A stretch of 64,000 bases of DNA from Brevundimonas vancanneytii (GCA_943368425.1 CALRLC020000006.1:47893-111892); one strand, 5' to 3'; counted from the first letter of the stretch, positions 20,438 through 30,777 are shown. Made by a program: numbers and translations. Notes: generated by a model from the letters alone, not told the origin.

Positions 20438-21373
20438 ATGTCAGCTTCCAAAGTCATCATTACAGCAAAAGTACATCCTTATCTTCTTGAACGACTGGAA
20501 AAGGCCGGCTATCAATGCGTGTATGAGCCATTGATTGGGTATGATGATTTGAAAAAAATGATTGGTAATGCTATAGGATTGATCGTAACCACTCGTTTGA
20601 AGATCGATAGATCTATATTAGATGCCGCAACTTCTCTTCAATGGATCGGGAGACTGGGTAGTGGAATGGAGTTGATCGATGTAGCATATGCTACTACCAA
20701 AGGTATACGCTGCGAAAGTAGCCCGGAAGGGAACAGAAATGCGGTGGCAGAACATACTTTAGGGATGTTGCTAAACCTCATGAATAAGATCAATAGCAGT
20801 AATCAAGAGATTCGTGAGGGAAAGTGGTTACGCGATGCTAATAGAGCAGATGAATTGACCGGTAAAACCGTTGGTATCATTGGATTTGGTAATACCGGGC
20901 AAGCGTTCGCAAAATTATTATCTGTATTCAATGTTACAGTGTTGGCCTTGGATACAAATAAATCTGGCTTTGGGGCTGGTTATATTAAAGAAGCTTCTTT
21001 AGAGCAGATTCAACGTTATGCTGATGCAGTGAGTCTCCATTTGCCATTGACAGATGAAACTTTGCACTATGCAAACGAATCATTCTTTAGCGGCTTTCAA
21101 AAACAGCCATACTTTCTCACTACATGCCGAGGAAAAGTGACCGATACAAAAGCAGTGATCAAGGCATTACAAAACCATCAAATAAAAGCTGCAGGATTGG
21201 ATGTATTGGAAAATGAAAAACTTGAAACGTATACATCGGAAGAGAGCGCTGATTTAGATTGGCTGCTCTCACAAGCTAATGTGATCATTACACCACATAT
21301 TGCAGGATATAGTCATGAAGCTTTTTACCTGATGGCCAAAGTGGTATTGGATAAATTAGGGATCAGTCATTAA
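20438..21373 (+). CDS. D-isomer-specific 2-hydroxyacid dehydrogenase (SerA/PdxB-like, no ACT domain)
   Basis: GIIGFGNTG Rossmann motif, [13 protein letters not shown] and TPHIAGYS. Confidence 0.85.
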   Translation: MSASKVIITAKVHPYLLERLEKAGYQCVYEPLIGYDDLKKMIGNAIGLIVTTRLKIDRSILDAATSLQWIGRLGSGMELIDVAYATTKGIRCESSPEGNRNAVAEHTLGMLLNLMNKINSSNQEIREGKWLRDANRADELTGKTVGIIGFGNTGQAFAKLLSVFNVTVLALDTNKSGFGAGYIKEASLEQIQRYADAVSLHLPLTDETLHYANESFFSGFQKQPYFLTTCRGKVTDTKAVIKALQNHQIKAAGLDVLENEKLETYTSEESADLDWLLSQANVIITPHIAGYSHEAFYLMAKVVLDKLGISH

Positions 21374-22080
21374 CTATTTGCTTTTATAAACACCTTCTCT
21401 CCGTCTTTTTTTCTCAGCCAAAGCCATGTCATCAGTGCAGGAATGAATACTTGGTATAGTATCATGAAAAGAAATGACGCTAATTCATTTTGCTCAAAAG
21501 AAGTATCTTTTATCGGAATCAATATATACTTGCCGATTGAGCCTTGGGAGAATAATAAACTACCTGTACAGTTCCACCCGAAATGAAGTCCAATAGTTGC
21601 ATAAAGTGACCCTGTTTTAATGAATGCATAACCATACATCCAGCCTGCAGCAGCAGTAATCAAAAAAATAAACAGCATTTGAAAGGGTTGTCCAAATGCA
21701 CCATAAGAAAACCAATGATAGATACCGAAAGCGATCACAGAGAGCCATAATGCTTTTTTTGCACCTAGTCTTTTCAAGGCAATATAAAATAGTGCACCTC
21801 TGAAAATGAGTTCCTCATAGAGTACGGATCGAAGCATCCACCAAAGTCCATTCAACAAATCTGCATAGCGAAAGGAAGGGTTTTTATGCCAGCTGGTGCC
21901 GGATAAAAGTCCACTGATAAGATGAAATGTTGATGCGATTATAATAGCTAGGAAAATTCCTATGCATAATTGAAAGAAGCGTTGACTTGATGGCTTCCAG
22001 CCCAGAACAGACAAGTTTTGTTTCTCCAACCACCACAATAGAAGGACAGATAAGAGTAGTTGAATCAAAATTCCAATCAT
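21370..22080 (-). CDS. CPBP/Abi-family intramembrane glutamic endopeptidase
   Basis: [13 protein letters not shown] and HFGWN motifs. The start at 22080 is inferred. Confidence 0.85.
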   Translation of the reverse strand: MIGILIQLLLSVLLLWWLEKQNLSVLGWKPSSQRFFQLCIGIFLAIIIASTFHLISGLLSGTSWHKNPSFRYADLLNGLWWMLRSVLYEELIFRGALFYIALKRLGAKKALWLSVIAFGIYHWFSYGAFGQPFQMLFIFLITAAAGWMYGYAFIKTGSLYATIGLHFGWNCTGSLLFSQGSIGKYILIPIKDTSFEQNELASFLFMILYQVFIPALMTWLWLRKKDGEKVFIKANS

Positions 22081-22260
22081 AATTTGTTGAATATCATAGT
22101 CATAGTTGTGACGGCGATAACAATTTAAAGTAGCCCTATTTTCAATAAAAAACAATAAAAGAGTGGTTCATTCTGAAGATTTATTTATTTTTGGCTATCT
22201 GTGCAACGCTGCAATCAAATGTGGCGTTGTATTTTTTTTACCCTTTTTAAACGAAAGTGT

Positions 22261-22737
22261 ATGAGCGAGAGTACTATGTATGTTACCAAGGAGACATTTG
22301 ACAAAATGCGTGAAGAGTTGCAGCGAATGAAATCAGTGGATCGTCCTGCAGCATCAAGAGCGATTGCAGAAGCCCGTGAAAAAGGTGATTTGAAAGAAAA
22401 TGCAGAGTATGATGCAGCCAAAGAAGCCCAAGGAATGCTTGAAGCAAAGATCAAGCAATTAGAAGGTGCTATTGCAAATGCTAAGATCATTGATACCAGT
22501 GATATTGATACCAGCAAAGTAACCATATTGACAAAGGTTACAATCACGAATATTGCAACAAAGAAAACAGTGACCTATCAGATTGTCGGGGAAAAAGAAG
22601 CTGATTTGAAAGCAGGTAAAATATCTGCAGGCTCTCCTATTGGTAAAGGATTAATGGGAAAAGCGAAGGGTGAAGTTGCTGAAGTGCAAGCGCCAACAGG
22701 TATTATTAAGTTTAAGATTGAAGACATTACCGTCTAA
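22261..22737 (+). CDS. greA: Transcription elongation factor GreA
   Basis: AREKGDLKENAEYDAAKE and ISAGSPIGKGL motifs. Confidence 0.95.
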   Translation: MSESTMYVTKETFDKMREELQRMKSVDRPAASRAIAEAREKGDLKENAEYDAAKEAQGMLEAKIKQLEGAIANAKIIDTSDIDTSKVTILTKVTITNIATKKTVTYQIVGEKEADLKAGKISAGSPIGKGLMGKAKGEVAEVQAPTGIIKFKIEDITV

Positions 22738-22813
22738 TGATTGCTAAGCATGTTGAGATGATGTATTACCTTTCATTTCAACATGCTTTTTTTATTGTAT
22801 AAAGCTTTATACT

Positions 22814-23203
22814 ATGACCATTTTCTCAAAGATCATTGCTGGTGAGATCCCTTCTTATAAGATTGCAGAGAATGAAAAATTCTTTGCGTTTCTAGACATC
22901 TTTCCATTGGTTGAAGGTCATGTACTGGTTGTTCCCAAACAGGAAACCGATAATTTCTTCGATCTGGATGCATCGTATTTATCTGAGATATTTCTCTTTG
23001 CTCGACCCATAGCAAAAGCCATCGAAAAAGCATTCCCATGTAATCGTTGTGGAATGAGCGTGGTAGGTTTGGAAGTACCACATGCGCATGTTCATTTGAT
23101 CCCAATCAATACAGCCGATGATCTTAATTTCACACGTGGAAAATTGAAGTTATCGCCTGAACAGCTTCAGCAGGTACAAAAGAAGATACTGGCTAAGTTG
23201 TAA
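22814..23203 (+). CDS. HIT family nucleotide hydrolase
   Basis: TIFSKII, GHVLVVPK and HAHVHLIP motifs. Confidence 0.92.
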   Translation: MTIFSKIIAGEIPSYKIAENEKFFAFLDIFPLVEGHVLVVPKQETDNFFDLDASYLSEIFLFARPIAKAIEKAFPCNRCGMSVVGLEVPHAHVHLIPINTADDLNFTRGKLKLSPEQLQQVQKKILAKL

Positions 23204-23209
23204 GAAGGG

Positions 23210-23314
23210 AGTGAAAGGTGAAAAGTGAAAGGACAAATGTATTTTTCCTGCTATGGGCTATAGTCCATGGTAGGAAAATTTTTTTGACTTTTCACTTTTG
23301 ACTTTTCACTTTTG
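23210..23314. repeat. AAAGTGA-family inverted arms enclosing a nested ATRGTCY-type hairpin
   Basis: Left arm agtgaaaggtgaaaagtgaaagg; right arm ttttgac-ttttcac-ttttgac-ttttcac-ttttg; inner hairpin ttttcctgctatgggctatagtccatggtaggaaaa at 23243-23278. Confidence 0.75.
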
Positions 23315-23357
23315 AACCTCACACTTTCCCCTATCTTTAAGAACCAAAACCCTCCAC

Positions 23358-24677
23358 ATGCAAACAACTGCATCTAAAAAAGTCATTAATGGCTGGGCCA
23401 TGTATGACTGGGCGAATAGTGTGTACAATCTGGTGATTACTTCAACTATTTTCCCTGCTTATTTTGAAGCTGTAACCGGCGATGGCAATGATGCCACTTA
23501 CAATGATACCGTTCGTTTATTTGGTAGAGAGTTTGTCAATACTTCCCTCTACAACTATGCACTCGGTGTTGCTTTTATTGTTGTGGCCTTAATGTCGCCG
23601 ATGCTATCATCAATAGCTGATTATAAAGGCAACAAGAAAAAATTTCTTTTCTTTTTTTGTACGCTGGGAAGTATTGCATGTAGTGCTTTGTTTTTTTATA
23701 ACAGTAGTAATTTGGCTTATGGATTGATCTGTATGATCATTGCTTGCATAGGTTATTGGAGTAGTTTGGTGTTCTATAACTCATTTCTACCTGAAATAGC
23801 CGCTCCTGCTGATCAAGACAGAGTGAGTGCCAAGGGTTTTGCCATGGGATACATTGGTAGTGTTATCTTACAGATCGTTTGTTTTGTATTTGTATTAATG
23901 CCTGACACATTTGGTATCACAACAGGGAAAGCTTCACAGATCTCTTTTTTACTCGTAGGGATTTGGTGGTGGGGATTTGGCCAATTGGCATTGAGCCGAC
24001 TACCTAAAAGTACTCCTGCCGGGCAACCGTCTGCAAAAGGGAACATATTTACACATGGTTATAAAGAGTTGAATAAGGTATGGAAGCAATTGTCACATCT
24101 TCCTGTATTGAAACGTTATCTCGCAGCTTTTTTCTTTTACAATATGGGTGTTCAAACGGTGATGCTTGCCGCAACTTTGTATGGTAAAAGCGAATTGAAT
24201 ATTCCTACTCAGAATCTCATCATCGCCATATTGATCATTCAATTGGTGGCAGTACCCGGTGCTTATACGATTGCAAAATTATCTGATAAATTAGGGAATT
24301 TTCGTGCATTGATGGTGACAGTTTCATTATGGATCATACTATGTATCATCGGATATCTATTGCCTCGTGATGGCGTAAATGAATTTTATGCACTGGCCGT
24401 ATTAGTAGGCTTTGTAATGGGAGGTATACAATCGCTTAGCAGAAGTACTTATGCTAAGCTGATGCCTGAAACAAAGGATACTACTTCGTTCTTTAGTTTC
24501 TATGATGTAACAGAGAAGATCGCTATTGTAATAGGCATGTTCAGTTTTGGTTATATCAATGAATATACCGGGTCGCAGCGTAATTCAGTATTAGCATTGG
24601 TGGTATTCTTTGTAATTGGCTTGATATTACTGACCTTTGCCTCTGCAACGAAACATAAACAAGGAAAAGTCAACTGA
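23358..24677 (+). CDS. MFS transporter (UMF1/Atg22-like)
   Basis: GWAMYDWANS, YNSFLPEIA and GGIQSLSRS motifs; about 12 TMs. Confidence 0.88.
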   Translation: MQTTASKKVINGWAMYDWANSVYNLVITSTIFPAYFEAVTGDGNDATYNDTVRLFGREFVNTSLYNYALGVAFIVVALMSPMLSSIADYKGNKKKFLFFFCTLGSIACSALFFYNSSNLAYGLICMIIACIGYWSSLVFYNSFLPEIAAPADQDRVSAKGFAMGYIGSVILQIVCFVFVLMPDTFGITTGKASQISFLLVGIWWWGFGQLALSRLPKSTPAGQPSAKGNIFTHGYKELNKVWKQLSHLPVLKRYLAAFFFYNMGVQTVMLAATLYGKSELNIPTQNLIIAILIIQLVAVPGAYTIAKLSDKLGNFRALMVTVSLWIILCIIGYLLPRDGVNEFYALAVLVGFVMGGIQSLSRSTYAKLMPETKDTTSFFSFYDVTEKIAIVIGMFSFGYINEYTGSQRNSVLALVVFFVIGLILLTFASATKHKQGKVN

Positions 24678-24680
24678 TCT

Positions 24681-25550
24681 ATGAAATTGTATACGATCAA
24701 TAGCGGAAATTTTAAATTGGATGGTGGGGCCATGTTTGGTGTTGTTCCTAAAAGCATGTGGAATAAGTTGAATCCGGCAGATGAAAATAATATGTGCTCT
24801 TGGGCCATGCGTTGTCTATTGATCGAGGATGGTAATAAACTGATACTGATCGATAATGGCATGGGAAATAAGCAAGATGCCAAATTCTTTGGTCATTACT
24901 ACCTGCATGGAGATGATACATTGGATAAATCATTGGCACGTCATGGATTTCATAGAGATGACATCACCGATGTTTTTCTCACCCATCTTCACTTTGATCA
25001 TTGTGGTGGCAGTATCATTCGGGATGGAGATCAGTTAGTGCCCGCATTTAAAAATGCAGTTTATTGGAGCAATGAACGTCATTGGAATTGGGCAGTTAAA
25101 CCCAATGATCGGGAAAAAGCTTCTTTTCTTAAAGAGAATATTCTTCCCATACAAGAAAGTGGTCAATTGCATTTTGTTGAAAGTCCGGCCTCCGGTTTAC
25201 GGGAAGATGGTAAGCTGCATAGTGTTGAACTTTTCAATCATTTTTCAGTTCGATTCGTCAATGGACATACAGAAAAAATGATGTTGCCACAGATCCAATA
25301 CAAAGGACATACCCTTGTTTATATGGCGGATCTATTACCTTCTACCGCGCATTTGCCTATTCCTTATGTGATGGCATATGATATGTTCCCATTAACCACA
25401 CTACAAGAGAAAAAGAATTTCCTACAAGAAGCTGTAGAAAATAACTACATATTATACTTCGAACACGATTATCATAACGAATGCTGCACCTTACAGCTTA
25501 CAGAAAAAGGGGTTCGTGTTGCTGAAACCTTTGCCCTAAATACATTGTAA
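24681..25550 (+). CDS. Metallo-beta-lactamase fold hydrolase (YtnP-like)
   Basis: LDGGAMFGVVPK, THLHFDHCGG, GHT and FEHD motifs. Confidence 0.9.
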   Translation: MKLYTINSGNFKLDGGAMFGVVPKSMWNKLNPADENNMCSWAMRCLLIEDGNKLILIDNGMGNKQDAKFFGHYYLHGDDTLDKSLARHGFHRDDITDVFLTHLHFDHCGGSIIRDGDQLVPAFKNAVYWSNERHWNWAVKPNDREKASFLKENILPIQESGQLHFVESPASGLREDGKLHSVELFNHFSVRFVNGHTEKMMLPQIQYKGHTLVYMADLLPSTAHLPIPYVMAYDMFPLTTLQEKKNFLQEAVENNYILYFEHDYHNECCTLQLTEKGVRVAETFALNTL

Positions 25551-25702
25551 TTTTTACTTGTATGTAGTGAAAAGCCTGATTTTTTGCGACAAAAATCCGT
25601 GAAAAAACGGCTAAAAATCGGTGTTTTTCAGACACTCAGTCCGATTGTTTCATATTAAGTTTACATCAGAATCCTAGCTTTAACAAGCAATTTTAAAATC
25701 CA

Positions 25703-26083
25703 ATGTCCAAAAACCAAGTAGTGGGATGTCCGAGCTGCGGATGCCGGATATCTTTTAAGCAATTTATTTTGCTCAACAATTTTTCCGCCATCAACTGCGA
25801 TACCTGCCATGCCAGAATCGAGATCTCAAATCGTGATGGCAATGCAGTTATCGCAGCTGTTTCTGGAGTTGTTTCTGCAGCCACACTTGTATTCAGTGCC
25901 TACATCGGTAAACAATATTATGATTCTTTTTGGTGGGGGTTGATCGCCGGTATTTCATTGGCAACATTATTTGTTGTTATTGTTTGCAGGGTCTTATATA
26001 AACGATCGCAACTGTACCAAAATGTGCATACAAGATCTATTCATTATCGACCAGCAGAAAACCCTATAATAATCAACGGTTGA
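25703..26083 (+). CDS. Small CxxC-x19-CxxC zinc-ribbon membrane protein
   Basis: CPSC and CDTC followed by two hydrophobic helices. Confidence 0.6.
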   Translation: MSKNQVVGCPSCGCRISFKQFILLNNFSAINCDTCHARIEISNRDGNAVIAAVSGVVSAATLVFSAYIGKQYYDSFWWGLIAGISLATLFVVIVCRVLYKRSQLYQNVHTRSIHYRPAENPIIING

Positions 26084-26867
26084 AACTGATCATGGAGCTA
26101 AGTGGATAACGTAGATTTCGATACTGCATCATATCTACTTTCACACTTCCCACTACGATCGGACTCTCAATTCTGAGTGGAATATGATTAGGGTCATCGC
26201 TTACCCAAACCGTCATTTTTTCACCACCTTCAAACAAGGTTCCTTTTACCAGTAAAGGTTTGAATTTAATCGCGCGAAACTTGCCATACTTGGTTTTAAT
26301 GGTTTCTTTTCCTAAGTACTTAATGTAGAGATTGTACACTTCATTATCCAGAAACATGGAAAATGGAATTTTTTCCTCAGGCTTATATTTACTGAAATCA
26401 ATATTACGGGCATAATAAATAGAACTCAAAACATCCTGAATACATCCCGGTACTTTGAAAACCCCTTCCGTAGTTACTGCAGTATTATTTTCTTGATTGA
26501 ATGTGATGTTCTCAAATTTCTTGTAGCCTCCTTCTTCAATATTTCGAATGAATTTTAGCGGCTGTAAATTTGCAGTGTCGATATAACTCTCGTAACGATC
26601 ACGCACTTTGAATATCCAGTCATAACTCGGATTGGAGCTCCCTTTTCCCACTACATGATACGCAATACGGTTATTCATCTTATCCAGAGAAACAGAAAAA
26701 TTAGCACTGCCAGCATTTACATACAATCCAATGACTGAATAGAACACATTATAAGAAATACTTTCTCCCTCTTCAAAAGCCCTGTTTCGGATGCCACAAA
26801 ATTCATCCCCCGCAGAAATGGGCTCAAATCCCATAATCAAGATCATTAAAAACAATAATTTCTTCAT
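26073..26867 (-). CDS. DUF3108 family secreted protein
   Basis: Signal peptide; FKVRDRYESYID and VWVSDDPNHIPLRIES motifs. Confidence 0.8.
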   Translation of the reverse strand: MKKLLFLMILIMGFEPISAGDEFCGIRNRAFEEGESISYNVFYSVIGLYVNAGSANFSVSLDKMNNRIAYHVVGKGSSNPSYDWIFKVRDRYESYIDTANLQPLKFIRNIEEGGYKKFENITFNQENNTAVTTEGVFKVPGCIQDVLSSIYYARNIDFSKYKPEEKIPFSMFLDNEVYNLYIKYLGKETIKTKYGKFRAIKFKPLLVKGTLFEGGEKMTVWVSDDPNHIPLRIESPIVVGSVKVDMMQYRNLRYPLSSMISFNR

Positions 26868-26875
26868 TTCCGCTT

Positions 26876-27868
26876 TTATTTATTATTCCTGAACAACCGG
26901 ATGCCCAACAAAAAAATCGTACCTGCAATTGCTGGAATGATCAGGTTAATAACCCAGATACCGGCAGCCGTTGCAACGATGCCTACAATATTGGAACTCA
27001 GTAATCCCAGTAACTGAATACTGACCTTACCTCTAAAACCAAGTTCTGCTAAAGCGATTGACGGTACAATAGACAATACCAAAAACATAACAGTAAGTAG
27101 TGCTGAGGCATCCATTGTATCAATGTTCACTTCGAATACTGATAACAATAGCACATATTGTACCACAAATACAACGTACCTGGCGGCAGAAAGGATTAAA
27201 ATTTTTGTTAAGAACCACCAGTGTAATGATTCCATATTCTCTACTACAAACCGATACTTCGCCACTATTGGTATCTTTTCCAGCAAACGGATCAACCATG
27301 ATAACCTGAAAAATAACAAAATGAATACCACCGTTACCAAAGTCATCACGCTCATTAATCCCGTCAGCCAAAATATCGACAATCCTTCTAGATGATGTGT
27401 TGCATCCAAAATAAATGAACGCATATATACCAATCCGATCAGACCAAAAACATAGGTAATGATGGTCTGGCTCATGCTACCTACGAGCGATATGGCAATT
27501 CCCTTCAATCGTTTTCCTTCTTCCAGAAACAAAGCTCGTCCTGCAGAATCACCCAATCCATTGATCGTATTGAACGCAAGCGCCTGGCCTGAAAAAACTG
27601 CTTTAAAAGCCCGCCAATAAGTAACCTGTTGTACCGGACTCACCAACCACTGCCATTTCAATGATTCTAGTGCCCAATTCAATAGCATGAGAACAAGTAC
27701 CAAATAGAGTTTATAGGATTGTGGTCCTGAGAAACAGTTCAAGATCATCTCCCAAGAAGATTGCACATCTTTTTGTGCTTGTATCTGTTGATAGATCGAA
27801 TAACTGAGCCAGATGAAGAGGATCGGCCCGAGATAATAATTGAGAAATATTTTTAGTTTCTTATTCAG
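26876..27868 (-). CDS. Lysylphosphatidylglycerol synthase TM-region (flippase-like) membrane protein
   Basis: LMLLNWALESLKWQWL, GDSAGR and ELGFRG motifs. The frame is open upstream of the tracked GTG (27766) to a CTG at 27868, adding the first TM helix. Confidence 0.75.
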   Translation of the reverse strand: MNKKLKIFLNYYLGPILFIWLSYSIYQQIQAQKDVQSSWEMILNCFSGPQSYKLYLVLVLMLLNWALESLKWQWLVSPVQQVTYWRAFKAVFSGQALAFNTINGLGDSAGRALFLEEGKRLKGIAISLVGSMSQTIITYVFGLIGLVYMRSFILDATHHLEGLSIFWLTGLMSVMTLVTVVFILLFFRLSWLIRLLEKIPIVAKYRFVVENMESLHWWFLTKILILSAARYVVFVVQYVLLLSVFEVNIDTMDASALLTVMFLVLSIVPSIALAELGFRGKVSIQLLGLLSSNIVGIVATAAGIWVINLIIPAIAGTIFLLGIRLFRNNK

Positions 27869-27905
27869 TGCTTGCTTTTTAGGTCATTACAAAGAAAAGG
27901 TAAAG

Positions 27906-28013
27906 AAGTCAAAGGGGAAAAGTGAAAGGTGAAGAGGGGTATTTCTGATGTATGAATGTGCTCTTGCTAGTAGATTTATTCTGTGATTTGACTTTTCACC
28001 TTTCACTTTTCAC
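27906..28013. repeat. AAAGTGA-family inverted-arm element, empty
   Basis: aagtcaaaggggaaaagtgaaaggtgaa ... tttgacttttcacctttcacttttcact, between divergent genes. Confidence 0.7.
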
Positions 28014-28026
28014 TATTTTCATCCCC

Positions 28027-28593
28027 ATGGCAAAAGATGAGATCATTTTAGGGATCGATCCGGGCACCCAATTGATGGGATATGCATTATTGCGTATTCA
28101 TAAAGGTCAACCTCAGGTTCTTTTAATGGATGTTCTTAAACTCACCAAAGAAAAAGACATTTATGCACGTCTTGAAATGATCCATACCCGGGTATGTGAA
28201 CTGGTTAAATTGTACAAACCATCTACTTTCGCTATTGAAGCTCCTTTTTTTGGAAAGAATGTTCAAAGTATGCTAAAGTTGGGCAGGGCACAAGGTGTGG
28301 CTATTGCCGCAGCGATGCAAGCCGGATTGAATGTTACAGAATATTCACCCAAAAAAGTAAAACAATCCATCACCGGTAATGGCAATGCAGATAAGGAGCA
28401 GATCTGGAAGATGCTGCAAAGAATTTTACAGATCGAAGAAAAACCGCAATACTTTGATGCGACGGATGCTTTAGCTGTTGCACTCTGTCATCATTATCAA
28501 TCATCTTCACCTCTTATTCAAAAAGGTAAACCTTTAAAAGGGTGGGAAGATTTTTTAAATAAAAATCCGGAGAGGGTGAAGAAGAAATCTTAG
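28027..28593 (+). CDS. ruvC: Holliday junction resolvase RuvC
   Basis: ILGIDPG, FAIE, KLGRAQGVA, KVKQSITGNG and DATDALAVALCH motifs. Confidence 0.95.
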   Translation: MAKDEIILGIDPGTQLMGYALLRIHKGQPQVLLMDVLKLTKEKDIYARLEMIHTRVCELVKLYKPSTFAIEAPFFGKNVQSMLKLGRAQGVAIAAAMQAGLNVTEYSPKKVKQSITGNGNADKEQIWKMLQRILQIEEKPQYFDATDALAVALCHHYQSSSPLIQKGKPLKGWEDFLNKNPERVKKKS

Positions 28594-28642
28594 ATGTCAG
28601 ATATAATATCAAATCTGACATCTAAGATTTGACATCTGAAAT
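28591..28642. repeat. AGATGTC-family inverted repeat between convergent ruvC and uppP
   Basis: Perfect 12-bp stem tagatgtcagat/atctgacatcta, plus a further tttgacatctgaaat copy. Confidence 0.65.
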
Positions 28643-29439
28643 CATTTCAAGTATCCCGTCAACACCAATACCAACAAAATCGTTCCACCAATAACACGAT
28701 ACCAGCCAAATAGGCGGAAGCCATGTTTTTGAAGAAAGCCGATGAAGAATTTGATGGCTAGCATGGCTACAATAAATGCTACAACATTACCTACAGCCAA
28801 TGCAATAAGGTTATCGGTATTCGTAAGCATTTCAGGAGTTTCTTTCCAGGCTTTCAATAATTTATAACCTGTGGCTGCCGCCATCGTTGGTACGGCGAGG
28901 AAAAAAGAAAATTCAGCTGCAAGATTTCTGGTTAACTTTTGTTGCATACCTCCAATGATACTGGCAGCACTTCTGCTAACACCGGGTATCATGGCCACAC
29001 ATTGCCAAAATCCGATCATCAATGCGCGACCAAAACTCACTTCTTGTTCTTTTTCAATAATCGGCTGCTGAAATAATTTATCAATAAACAGAAGTACAAA
29101 GCCTCCTGCAAGCATCGTAATAGCAACCGTTAGGGGACTTTCTAATAATGCATCAATCTTGTCAGAGAACAATGCACCCAATCCCAATGCAGGAATAACA
29201 GCCACCAATAATTTCAGATAAAAATTCCATCTGTTAAGAGGGAAGAACTTTTTATGATACAAGACTACCACCGATAGTATGGCACCCAGTTGAATCGCAA
29301 CCTCAAACAACTTGGTAAAATCATCTTTTGCAATTCCCAAAAAAGAACTGGCAATGATCATATGCCCGGTAGATGATACCGGTAAAAATTCAGTCAATCC
29401 TTCAACAATCGCAATAATGATAGCGTCGAAAATACTCAT
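28642..29439 (-). CDS. uppP: Undecaprenyl-diphosphatase
   Basis: [28 protein letters not shown] and [10 protein letters not shown] motifs. Confidence 0.95.
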   Translation of the reverse strand: MSIFDAIIIAIVEGLTEFLPVSSTGHMIIASSFLGIAKDDFTKLFEVAIQLGAILSVVVLYHKKFFPLNRWNFYLKLLVAVIPALGLGALFSDKIDALLESPLTVAITMLAGGFVLLFIDKLFQQPIIEKEQEVSFGRALMIGFWQCVAMIPGVSRSAASIIGGMQQKLTRNLAAEFSFFLAVPTMAAATGYKLLKAWKETPEMLTNTDNLIALAVGNVVAFIVAMLAIKFFIGFLQKHGFRLFGWYRVIGGTILLVLVLTGYLK

Positions 29440-29465
29440 GGGAGGGAGGTTGGTGAGCGTAGCAA

Positions 29466-29533
29466 ATAGTTAATAGCTTATGGCTCATAGCAAAAGATAT
29501 ACTATTCGCTATGAACCATAAGCATTAGGCTAT
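29466..29533. repeat. ATAGCTT/ATGGCTC-family heptamer inverted-arm element, empty
   Basis: ATAGTTA-ATAGCTT-ATGGCTC-ATAGC, spacer aaaagatata, then ctattcg-ctatgaa-ccataag-cattagg-ctat. Confidence 0.7.
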
Positions 29534-29766
29534 TTCTTCTTAAAAATCGCAAAGATCTCAATCGCCAAGCCAATCACGATGAGTATGGGAGCGATAGTAA
29601 TGCGAGTCGTACCGTATACTTCTTTGTAGTCAAATACATTTGGATCACTGCTCTTGCCACCACTCATTAAAAAGAATCCGATTGCAATAATCACAGCGCC
29701 AATGATCATCCACTTATAATTCTCTTTCGTAAAAAGCGGGCTCATGGTATTTTTTGTTTCACTCAT
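29530..29766 (-). CDS. DUF3098 small membrane protein
   Basis: LFTKENYKWM, GFFLMSGG and RITIAPIL motifs; lies downstream of ftsX as usual in Bacteroidota. Confidence 0.85.
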   Translation of the reverse strand: MSETKNTMSPLFTKENYKWMIIGAVIIAIGFFLMSGGKSSDPNVFDYKEVYGTTRITIAPILIVIGLAIEIFAIFKKK

Positions 29767-29780
29767 GGGAGTTGTTTTTT

Positions 29781-29862
29781 AGTGAATAGGAATAGTGAGT
29801 AGTGAATAGTGAGTAGTGAGTATTTGGTTTCTTACTCACGACTCACTATTCACTTCTCACTA
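29781..29862. repeat. AGTGAGT-family inverted-arm element, empty
   Basis: agtgaat/agtgagt arrays at 29781-29822; inverted tactcac-gactcac-tattcac-ttctcac-ta at 29833-29862. Confidence 0.8.
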
Positions 29863-30735
29863 ATAAAGATCATCCAATTTCATTTTCAAATACTTCAGCA
29901 CACTGCGATGGGTTGAATATACAGAGATACCTACACCTAATATAATCAATCCACCAAAGAGTATAAAAGTAAGCTTCCAGTCGCGAATAGCTTTCAGTTG
30001 CGGAAACTGACTCTCTGCCCAACTGATGATGCTGAACAATAAAACGATCGCAATACCGGAACTGATCAATCCATTCACCACAGCCCTGATATTCAACGGA
30101 CGGGCAATGAATCCTCTCGTAGCACCCACCATCTGCATGGTTTTGATCAGGAATCGATTACTGAACATCGCCAAACGAATGGTATTATCAATACTGATGA
30201 TCACAATGATACACAGAATGATCGCGATCACTAAAAATATCAAACCGATCTTGGCAGCACGCTCATTTAAGTTGCCCACCAATGTTTGCGGATATTGAAT
30301 ATCTGTGATTTGATTTCCGTACTTGCCCAATAATTCGGCAGATATTTTATTCAGACTGTCCTTGTTCACATAGTCCGCCTTAGCATAAAAATCTATGCTT
30401 TCTGGAAGCGGATTTACATCCAGGATCTTCGCCCAATCTTCATTGTTCTCACGGTTCCAAATTTCCTGTGCCGTTTTTTTATCTACATAAGTCACCGTTT
30501 TGGTATACGGACGCGATGCAATATGTTGTTGGATCTGACCAATGGTATCTTTATTCAAGGTCCTCAAATAGGCGCTGATACGAATATCTTCCTTAAAAGC
30601 ACTGCCTACCGAATTGATATTAAGGAAAAACCATCCCATGATACCCATGATCAACAATACCAACGCCACACCCACAATGGTGTAGATATAATTCGGTTTA
30701 CTACGCTTCAAAGAAGATTTTGCACTATCTACCAT
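29860..30735 (-). CDS. ftsX: Cell division permease FtsX
   Basis: NPLPESID and IDNTIRLAMFSNRFLIKTMQMVGATRGFIARP motifs. Confidence 0.92.
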   Translation of the reverse strand: MVDSAKSSLKRSKPNYIYTIVGVALVLLIMGIMGWFFLNINSVGSAFKEDIRISAYLRTLNKDTIGQIQQHIASRPYTKTVTYVDKKTAQEIWNRENNEDWAKILDVNPLPESIDFYAKADYVNKDSLNKISAELLGKYGNQITDIQYPQTLVGNLNERAAKIGLIFLVIAIILCIIVIISIDNTIRLAMFSNRFLIKTMQMVGATRGFIARPLNIRAVVNGLISSGIAIVLLFSIISWAESQFPQLKAIRDWKLTFILFGGLIILGVGISVYSTHRSVLKYLKMKLDDLY

Positions 30736-30754
30736 ATTCTAATAATTTTTAGCC

Positions 30755-30777
30755 CCCTTCTCCCCACAGGAGAAGGG
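30755..30777. repeat. GC-rich REP-like hairpin
   Basis: CCCTTCTCC-ccaca-GGAGAAGGG, between divergent ftsX and leuS. Confidence 0.45.

Noticed and set aside
25179-25210. Possible degenerate heptamer insert in the MBL hydrolase (agtccgg-cctccgg-tttacgg)
   Set aside because: Only weak CGG periodicity, no inverted partner arm and no matching intergenic family in this window; it cannot be supported without orthologue alignment.
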